A DNA stretch of 64,000 nucleotides, taken from assembly GCA_023334545.1 (NCBI GenBank), contig JAADVB010000071.1:1-64000 (forward strand), written 5' to 3'. This document shows, piece by piece, positions 10,839-19,320 of this stretch; the stretch's first letter is position 1, and every line of letters starts with the position of its first letter. The stretch comes from Salisapilia sapeloensis CBS 127946. Lineage: Eukaryota > Protista > Oomycota. Made by a program: the position numbers and the translations under genes. A model generated the notes under the pieces. The model was not told the origin of the DNA. It was given only the letters and a program-made list of their open reading frames with translations, and searched no databases.

Positions 10839-12917
10839 ATAGGGAAAATGCACAATCGTTTTTCTTGTTTTATGCGCTTGGTAGTGCTCGTCAAGTAGGA
10901 AAGTTTGTCGAGTTGGAAAGAGAAGCTCTTTGCCGTTGTCTTGATGAAGCAGACTTTTCAATTATTTATCTGAGGTTGTTATAGCAATGGCATTCCAGTT
11001 TGACGACACGATCGTCGATAAGGATGACAGTATCCTCTTTTATTACCTGCCACATGAGGCTATGATAGTCTAGTGTACATGGCTCTTGCTGAGCAGAGTC
11101 TACTTGGTTTGAATAGAAACTTGTATCGCTTGCTTCTGTTGTCGTAATGAATATACTATTGCTTTGATTGTGAATGAGCGAGATGAGTATTGCTTTAGCT
11201 GTTAAAGATATGAGGTATACTCCGTCCATTTAGATTATACGCGTGTGCTGCGAGTACTGGTCTGAAGTAGAAAGTACTTGTTTCACGCTTTCCATGAAGA
11301 TGCGAGTGAGAGATAAGTATGAAGCGGTATTAATTGGATTGTCAAGACATGAGCTACCTCAAAGAATGCCATGTTTTCCGTATCAACAGACTACTGAAAG
11401 TTACTTCTTCAGCATGGGAGCTGCATAGGCACCACTCCTGAAGAGAGCATTTCAAAAGGTATGTCACGCCCTCACCTCGTTCTGTTGACCCTTTCCACCT
11501 TGCAGGAAGTTGAGCACGAGTAGAAGACTGGCAAGGTAGGACAGAGTGTTTGCAACGTTAAAACGTTATTGCTGTTGCGTTATGACCGAAGTCTTTGTCA
11601 AGTTTCTACGTGACCATGTTCAACTTGTCAAGATATGATACTGATAATGTAGATGAGTGAGAACAAGAGCAAGCCAATTTCATAGCTCGTATAGAGAATC
11701 TGTAGAAGCTTACAAGAGAAGATTTGACGGCAGCAGGTATCCTACCAACCTAGTGTGGTTTTAGGTAGAATCTTGTTATGCCTTTAGCATGTTTTTCGTG
11801 AGCTTTGATGCCAAGGATGCCTACCTCATAATGACCAGCGTTATTGTAGCAAAGCTCCTCATGTTTCGGAAGTAGTGCAGTCTGATGGTAAGAAAATCGT
11901 GACTCTGTTCATCTTTCCATTGAGCTTGTAAGGCACGTGCGTCTTAAAAGTTGAAGGTTCATTCCTGTCTATCAGATCACTCATCTGGACTTCGCTTTTT
12001 TTAAAAGTTGCACCATCATTCATGTGTTTCTGCAAGCAGATCACTGCTTAGTTCCAAGCTAAAATCCACGAAAAGATGACAGTGTCTTCCATCCTTGTTT
12101 GGTTTTACGTGGGGGTTCCATCAAAGTTCGATGTAAGTCTACTCGATCGGATGGAGCCGATACGAGTACTTGTTGGATAAACTATAAGGCCATTTAAAAA
12201 GGGCTTTCTAGCGTGCTTTCGTAGTGTGCTGTCGTATGCGTATTATTCGTTTTCGTGTACGAGTGCGACGTTGCCAGACAGTTTCATATTTAAACAGAGT
12301 ATCTGCCCCATGGTGGGTGCATCTACTGCCAAAAGCCGGATGTGCTTTAAATTGGAAACGAACTATTGTCATAGAATACTGAAACGAAGTATTTCGCTGC
12401 ATCCCACAAAAATGCGCCGGCGTTGGCCTGTGCTGAGCCCACTCACACCAGGCAAGTAGTCAATTCCTCTCCTTCCCACTAGTATACATATAAAGGTTAT
12501 TGGAGGAATTCTTTTCATGATGCAGAGATTGTGTCGCACCGGAATGCTTGTACTCACCTACTACTTGCCAGATACCTTCGGCAGCTTTACTCCAACTCTG
12601 AGCGGACAAGATTTTATGCACGCAGATTGCTTGTGCTCGAAAAGGTTAGCAAGCAAACTCCAAGTTACCATACGGTTCGGATTGGTCCATAATCCAGCAT
12701 GCAGAGACGATCATTGGTACAAAACCAACATTTTCCATCACTGATTACGTTTAGACTTTCAACCCTATCCCCATCGATCGATCGAATCCACCTTTTGGCA
12801 TTTGGAAGAGCAATCGAATTTCCACTTCATTCTTGATCTTGCTGTGTTTCGCCAAAGCTCCAGCACAGCAGACGCCTCGATCACAACGCCCACGGCAGCT
12901 CTTCATTTGAATCGGAT

Positions 12918-15263
12918 ATGCTCTCGATTACCCAATTTCCTCGTCGATTCCCAGCGGTCAACAAGCGCCCGTTGGGCTCAAGTCTTGCACGCCGTGCCAC
13001 CCAGGCCGTCACGTGCACCTGGATGCGTCAAGAAGCCGCCTTGACTGATGGCTCATCCCACATGCCTTTTTCCACCCTTCGTAATCCTCCTAAGCAAGTG
13101 ATTGCAACGAAAGACTTGTCGACATCGCCCGTGTCTAGCATTGCTGTCAAGAATGCATGTCGCAAGAATGTTGGTTCATTGATACCAAACTTAACTTATT
13201 CCAGGTCGCGCTCGTCCACGGCGTCTCCATCCGCTGTTGCTTCCGAAGACGACACGTACCTCTATGGTGAACGTAGCGAGGACTGGTACACCACGTCCTC
13301 TAGCCCGAAAAGTAACCCAAACTTTCCTGGCATCGTCGATGGACACCTCACATCATTAAATATGCCCAATCTGGCAACCTGCTCTCGTCAGGAGATGCTA
13401 AACTACTTTGATAATACATGGGCGCTCACGGACGCGCTTTTCGCCAGTCTCCAAGGTGAAGAGGCGTTCCTCTCCGCTCCACCGCACGGTCTTCGTCATC
13501 CTCTCATCTTCTACTACGGCCATGCCACGAGCTTTTATGTGAACAAATTTCTTGTTTCTGGACTCATCGAGGAGCCTGTGAATGCCCACTACGAACATAT
13601 CTTTGAAGTTGGCGTTGACGAAATGCGGTGGGACGATATGAGCAAGAATGAAATGAACTGGCCAAAGGTTAGTGAAGTGCACGCGTATCGTAAGACCGTG
13701 TACAAATTGATTCGAGACATCATTGAGACTCATCCTGGTTTGAACGACGGACATGAGCTGATTGACGAAAACCACCCGCTGTGGGCACTTAACATGACGC
13801 TGGAGCACGACCGTATTCACCTCGAAACGTCTTCCATGCTCATGCAAGAGCACCCGCTGCACTTTGTCCGCAAGCCAGAGCTCCTTCCAGACTACCACAA
13901 GACTGCGTACCGGATGTCAGTAGCCAAGCACCCAACAGTCGGCGAAGACTACCCTGCGAATGAACTCATCCCTGTGCAAGGTGGACAAGTCAAGGTCGGA
14001 AAGCCTCGAGACTACCCGTCCTACGGATGGGACAATGAATACGGAGAGCGCACCGTTGATGCTCCCTCCTGCCACGCCACAAGAGACCTCATTTCGAACG
14101 GTCAGTTCTGGGAGTTCGTCGCTGATGGAGGCTACCTTGAGCGCTCCTACTGGAGTGAAGAAGGCTGGGGCTGGAGATGTTTCCGTAACACCAAGTGGCC
14201 GCAGTTCTGGATTGCAGATGGACCTGCGGGCAGCCACCAGTACAAGCTCCGAGCGTTGTTCGATGAGATTGAAATGCAGTGGGACTGGCCAGCACAAGTG
14301 AACTATCACGAAGCACAAGCTTTCTGTCGATGGAAGAACTTGCAGGATGGAAATACGCAAGAAAAGTTCTATCATGTGAACACGGAACCGATTCATCAAC
14401 TCATGCGCAATGGGTACGACAAGTCCGAGAATACCCAAAATGACATGAGTCTGCAGTCGTTGGAAAAGAACAAGTCTGTTGCCACACAACACCAGCGAAA
14501 TCTAAGTGTCTCCCACCTGTCATTCACACCTGTAGACTCTTTCCCAGCATCTGACAATGGGTTCCGTGACGTATTTGGTAACGCGTGGGAGTGGTGTGAA
14601 GACAGCTTCGCACCGTTGCATGGCTTCCGTGTTCACAAGTACTATGATGACTTTAGCTCCCCGTGTTTCGATGGCGAACACCAGGTGATCATGGGTGGAT
14701 CGTTCATCAGCAGTGGTGATAATGGCAGTAGCAAATTTGCTCGCTACCACTTCCGTCCACACTTTTTCCAACACGCTTCCTTCCGTCTCGTGTCACAGGA
14801 CATTGATGAGAAACACTTCATTACTTTGGCTACTACCGACGTGAATGCTCCTGAGCCTCACACCAAACCCGATCCGTTCCGTACGAGTGAACAAGTGCGT
14901 GTGGGTGTCACGGAAGATGAGCGACACAGCTACGAAACGCTCGTGGATGAAGTCCAGCGTCGCTCTGAGATGGCATTGAATGCCTTTGTACAGTCCATTG
15001 GTGATGCAGGCAATGACGAAAGTAGCTTCTTGGTTCGTGACGGCCTTGCAGGAGTGCAGCAACTGCGCGACCAGGTCGCTCCTGGTGAGTACCTCGTCGT
15101 CATCGTACCGGATGATGAAGTGTCCGAGATCGAATCCGTGCTTTCGGGTGAGTTCGACAAAGGCAAAGTGCAACGTGTTCCTGTCTTCCAGCCAGAGGAA
15201 GGTCAAGGCGGCGTGCTTTCTGCCCAGACTGCCATGGCTTGGAAAAGAAAAACCGTCGCGTAA
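12918..15263 (+). CDS. ovoA: 5-histidylcysteine sulfoxide synthase OvoA (ovothiol biosynthesis): DinB_2 + FGE-sulfatase domains with a degenerate C-terminal methyltransferase remnant
   Basis: OvoA-type signatures LRHPLIFYYGH, GVDEMRWDD, the iron motif HDRIHLETSS, YPSYGWDNEYG, GNAWEWCED, GGSFIS, RYHFRPHFFQHASFR. The N-terminal extension is rich in Arg/Ser. Confidence 0.9.
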   Translation: MLSITQFPRRFPAVNKRPLGSSLARRATQAVTCTWMRQEAALTDGSSHMPFSTLRNPPKQVIATKDLSTSPVSSIAVKNACRKNVGSLIPNLTYSRSRSSTASPSAVASEDDTYLYGERSEDWYTTSSSPKSNPNFPGIVDGHLTSLNMPNLATCSRQEMLNYFDNTWALTDALFASLQGEEAFLSAPPHGLRHPLIFYYGHATSFYVNKFLVSGLIEEPVNAHYEHIFEVGVDEMRWDDMSKNEMNWPKVSEVHAYRKTVYKLIRDIIETHPGLNDGHELIDENHPLWALNMTLEHDRIHLETSSMLMQEHPLHFVRKPELLPDYHKTAYRMSVAKHPTVGEDYPANELIPVQGGQVKVGKPRDYPSYGWDNEYGERTVDAPSCHATRDLISNGQFWEFVADGGYLERSYWSEEGWGWRCFRNTKWPQFWIADGPAGSHQYKLRALFDEIEMQWDWPAQVNYHEAQAFCRWKNLQDGNTQEKFYHVNTEPIHQLMRNGYDKSENTQNDMSLQSLEKNKSVATQHQRNLSVSHLSFTPVDSFPASDNGFRDVFGNAWEWCEDSFAPLHGFRVHKYYDDFSSPCFDGEHQVIMGGSFISSGDNGSSKFARYHFRPHFFQHASFRLVSQDIDEKHFITLATTDVNAPEPHTKPDPFRTSEQVRVGVTEDERHSYETLVDEVQRRSEMALNAFVQSIGDAGNDESSFLVRDGLAGVQQLRDQVAPGEYLVVIVPDDEVSEIESVLSGEFDKGKVQRVPVFQPEEGQGGVLSAQTAMAWKRKTVA

Positions 15264-15375
15264 AGCGTACTAACGTCCTACTGACAGACATTCTTGCTCT
15301 TTCATAACACGACCTTGCAAAACAATGATGCTTTTACTCTACTTTATCATCTTTATACTTGCCAACCACGTTCAG

Positions 15376-18300
15376 TTAAGCATCTACACTTTCTCTTCCA
15401 GCAGGACATGCAGAGCTAGCGAATGGGCAGAATGCACATTCGATGAACTGAGGCTCTGGTGCAAACTCACCTCGACGCATACGCTTGACGATATCCTCTA
15501 CCATTGTTTCCACTTCCTCAGCAAGATGAGGTTCATGCTCAATTCGATCATTTGCCTTTCCTAAGCTCTCGTCCTGCCTTCCAATAACTTCGACTGTTGC
15601 TGCATGAGGTGCTTGGCCGAATACTTTTTCGTACGCATACATATACAGCTTTAGCTGCAGTCGATCCTTACGGATGGCAGCTGCCCCTCTTGCCGTGCCG
15701 TTCATGCTTGTCTTGAATTCCTGGATAAATGCTTTGCCAGTTTTGCGATCACGATCTACGCGGTCCCATACGCCTTTCAATTGGACACCTGCTGCATCTA
15801 TGTCGACCGTAAAAGGTTCTTCCACTAGCTCCACGTGTGCATCTCGATGACGAGTACAAAAGGATAGAATATCACTCTCTCCTTGCTGCACCATCGTATC
15901 CACTTGATCTGGACCCCAGAGCAAGTAGTTATCTGTTTCCAGTGTCTTACGGAAGGTGCTAAAGGCTGCGTCAACTGCTTGATCAAAATCGGAATTTTCA
16001 AGCGAAAACATAGATGAAAACGTTGCAACACCTTCATGTACAGCTCGACCATACATCATGGCAGTGTTAGGTGGCGTCGGTAGCTTCATCACTCGACTCA
16101 GATAGTACCGATGAGGACATCGCAAGTACTCTTGTACTTGTGTAAAAGACAAATGGGACGGTTCATAGCTATCAAAGTGTCTACATCGTTGGTCCATTTC
16201 GTCCTTACTTTCAATATCCTTTGGCACGTGGATTAACTCTTGGTCTTGTAGAAAGTAATCTTGAAAGTATCGACTCACTTGCTCCTTCTTCGACTTACCA
16301 TTCGAAATATCTGCATAGGACACAACTACGCGTTTCGTTGGAAGCAAAAGTGCTTGTGCTAGTAGATCGTCACAACTGTTTAAAAGTTGCTGCCGATTCT
16401 GAATCGGCTTTGGTGCTTTCATCAAAGCCTCTGGAAGTGGTAACGTTACGCGACTTAACCGACCAGGGAACTTGTTGTCCTTCATACACGCTAGAAACAG
16501 CGTCGACGTTTTCTCTACCACCGTTAACATCGATCGCATGGATAGAGGCAACACACGAATCGTCGGATATGTCGATTTTTCCACTGATGACGAGTCGTAT
16601 AGAGGAGCTGGTACCCAAGCTGAGCGTAGTTTCATGAGGTACGGAACTACCAGCGGTGACTGATTACTTTGCACCATCCTCTCCGCAGTTTCAATTTCAC
16701 GAAGAAAGTCAGCAACAGCCACAACCTCCCGTTCTTCTTCACTGGTCGATGGGTCCAGAAGTTCTTTCGTACCACCTACACTGTCTGTGAGTAGACTAGA
16801 GATACAACATTAGAGATAGAAAGACGTACCGGTGGCATCCAAGAAGGTTTGAATGATCTCCTGAACAGACATTTGATGACACTTATCTCTTAAGTCGTCA
16901 ATTAGAGACAGAAACGCCGATGTTTTTTGTACTCCATCTTGAATCACATCTTCACCGAGTGCTAATCGTCCATCATTCGAGTACGAAGAGTACTTAATAG
17001 AAGCTCCGTTACTTTTGACAAATTTAGATAGTACGACTGACAGATCGACAGAGCTTTTGCTCTCGTGTTCCATCAGTACTGACAAGAGACTTGGTGGAAA
17101 GCTAAAGGATGGTGATCGGAGGACGTTGTATAGATAACTAGAGTCACTTGGATAACAAAGAGCGACGAGAAGAGAGTAAATCGTGTTCACACGAGGCTAT
17201 GAAAAGTAGATTTAGCATTCTCAAGACCAGAATAGAGTAATGTAAACGTACCTCATCGAAAAGGTGATTGTCACCACGAAGACCATAGCCTTCTACGTGA
17301 ATACCCTGCTGGACTAAACTTCTCGAGACTCTCCGCACGTCCGGAAAACTCGGACACATGACCACCATCGATGCGTCATCACCTTTTCCATCATCCCATA
17401 GTTCCTTTATACGCTTTACGATGCCTCTTACTTCGTCCTCTGGTGTTGCATACGCAGAATATTCTACTCTAGGTCGATGCGAACTGTTATCGTCCATCAG
17501 ATCTTGAGTGGTACGAATCTGATGCTTCTCTTGAAGTACTGAAGCAAGCCTTGTCCCATTGGATTGATCTGTTTCAGACTCCACTTCAAACGTCGTAAGC
17601 TGTTGGATAGTCTTTGCTGAAGTTATATCTGCTATCAGATCGATCATGGCAGGAGTCATGGCCTGTAGATGTTCCACGGCGATATCTGTGTACTCTGTCA
17701 TGACAGCCTTTAATAGCTCTTGCTCCTGTAATGTCTGAAGCACTACTCCATCCCATGTCGTTAGATTCTGATCATCTAGTAACGTACTAAGAGCATGATA
17801 AGCTGCAGCTAACTTTGCATCGTCCAGTCCATTGTCCGTGCTCTGCAAGTCTTTCGATTCGGACGCGAAGGAGCTATAGGCCGACGGAGAGATACCCTGC
17901 TGCTGTAGCAGCTGGAAGAATTTGACTAGTTCCTGTACAAAGCGACGCGTCTGCATCGAATCAGGAGATGTCCGGAAGCTTGGATGAAGGTCATGAAAGG
18001 CAGGTAAGGACTGCAGATTGTGAAGTATGAAGGCGCCAAGCTTGGAACTTGATACCATACGCTAAAAACAAATGAGTCGTGGAATCGATAGCGTGGTAAG
18101 CAAGAAGGAATGTACCCTATTTCGTCCACCTTCCTCCAATATCAATTGACACCACTCATGTAGTCCGAGAACGGTGTGTCCCTGTCGTTCAAGTGCATAC
18201 AGTGGCATACGATCTTCTAGAGAGCGAGAAAGCGGTGCATCCTCACTGGACGTAGCTGTCAGCACTAGCCACCGCTTCTTATCTGCCTTTATTTCGTCTG

Positions 18301-18490
18301 TCTCCAACAACTCAGGAAGCATCCGAGCATTCACTTGCTTCTGCACCGCTGAAATGGATGCTGCTTGCACCTGAACATGCTTGCAACTTTCTCTAGCATT
18401 TCCAGCATACTCTCTACTTCTCAAAACCACAGAACGCAGCACATATCCACCATGCTTGGCGCTCCATCCCTGCCGGCCGACCCGAAGCAT
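15376..18490 (-). CDS. UvrD/AddB/AdnA-like helicase-fold protein (motifs degenerate) with a C-terminal Fe-S PD-(D/E)XK RecB-family nuclease; 4 exons, about 983 aa
   Basis: Exons 18490-18116, 18061-17252, 17196-16830 and 16775-15376 are joined by 54-55-nt GTAC..AG introns and stay in frame (2952 nt). Nuclease motifs: LSFTQVQEYLRCPHRYY, YGRAVH, GVWDRVD, IQEFKT, QLKLY, CAFCPFASSAC. UvrD-like remnants: LVLTAT, LHEWCQLIL, PEDEVRGI, LYNVLRSP. Confidence 0.85.
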
Positions 18491-18596
18491 GAATAATTGC
18501 AAAATATCATGTGGAAGCGTAAATTACAAATATATTTCCAAGTACAGTTGTGGTACAGAACGATTGGCTGCCAACCACTACGCTCGCATCAAAGTA

Positions 18597-18614
18597 GCTC
18601 ACTCCATATTTTTC
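18597..18614 (+). promoter_or_regulatory. Oomycete INR+FPR core promoter element upstream of RPS13
   Basis: GCTCACTCCATATTTTTC, 16 nt before the RPS13 ATG, matches the oomycete initiator TCAYTY followed by the FPR W-T-T-Y element. Confidence 0.7.
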
Positions 18615-18630
18615 ATCCACTCGAGCAACC

Positions 18631-19283
18631 ATGGGACGCATGCACAGTCGTGGAAAGGGTATCTCCAAGTCGGCCAAGCCGTACAAGCGTACGCCTCCTT
18701 CGTGGCTGAAGGTGACGGCTGACGACGTCGAAGACCAGATCTGCAAGTTCGCCAAGAAGGGTCTTACGCCGTCGCAGATCGGTGTCATCCTCCGTGACTC
18801 GCACGGCATTGCCCAGGTCAAGAGCGTTACGGGCACCAAGATCGTCCGTCTTCTCAAGAAGAACGGTAAACTCTTTATTCTTTGCTAGCGTACTATACAC
18901 GAACTGACCAGCGTTATGTCTGTTTATCCACTTGGATTATCCCCACCCCACTCGATTGCATTGTGTTCATGCTCGGTATTACCTGGACGCACGATAATTT
19001 CTAAAAATTATTCGTTTGACGTGGGGATATGCGGGTATTATGCAACTCAAACATCTTCTCAGGCCTTGCCCCGGAAATCCCGGAAGACCTTTACATGCTC
19101 ATCAAGAAGGCTGTGGCCGTCCGCAAGCACCTTGAGCGCAACCGTCAGGACAAGGACTCTAAGTTCCGTCTGATTCTTATCGAGTCGCGTATCCACCGTC
19201 TCGGACGTTACTACCGTCAGACGCGTAAGCTTTCGCCGAACTGGAAGTACGAGTCCGCCACGGCCTCGACGCTTGTCGCCTAA
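18631..19283 (+). CDS. RPS13: 40S ribosomal protein S13 (uS15); one 197-nt intron at 18866-19062
   Basis: [20 protein letters not shown]...[21 protein letters not shown]...KKNG|[10 protein letters not shown]...[16 protein letters not shown]...[13 protein letters not shown], canonical S13. Confidence 0.98.
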
Positions 19284-19320
19284 GTCTTTCACTTTCTAAG
19301 AAATGAAACGCTGTCCCATT

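Noticed and set aside
10966-11229. Minus-strand ORF with faint resemblance to the pyruvate-kinase barrel domain (DYHSL...DTVILIDDRVVKLE)
   Set aside because: No other PK motifs (TIGP, TKGPEIR, KGVNLP) were found in any adjacent frame, so this is probably chance.
18976-18989. TATTACCTGGACG resembles the U1 snRNA 5' end
   Set aside because: No U1 stem-loops or Sm site follow and it lies inside the RPS13 intron. It is treated only as part of the intron structure.
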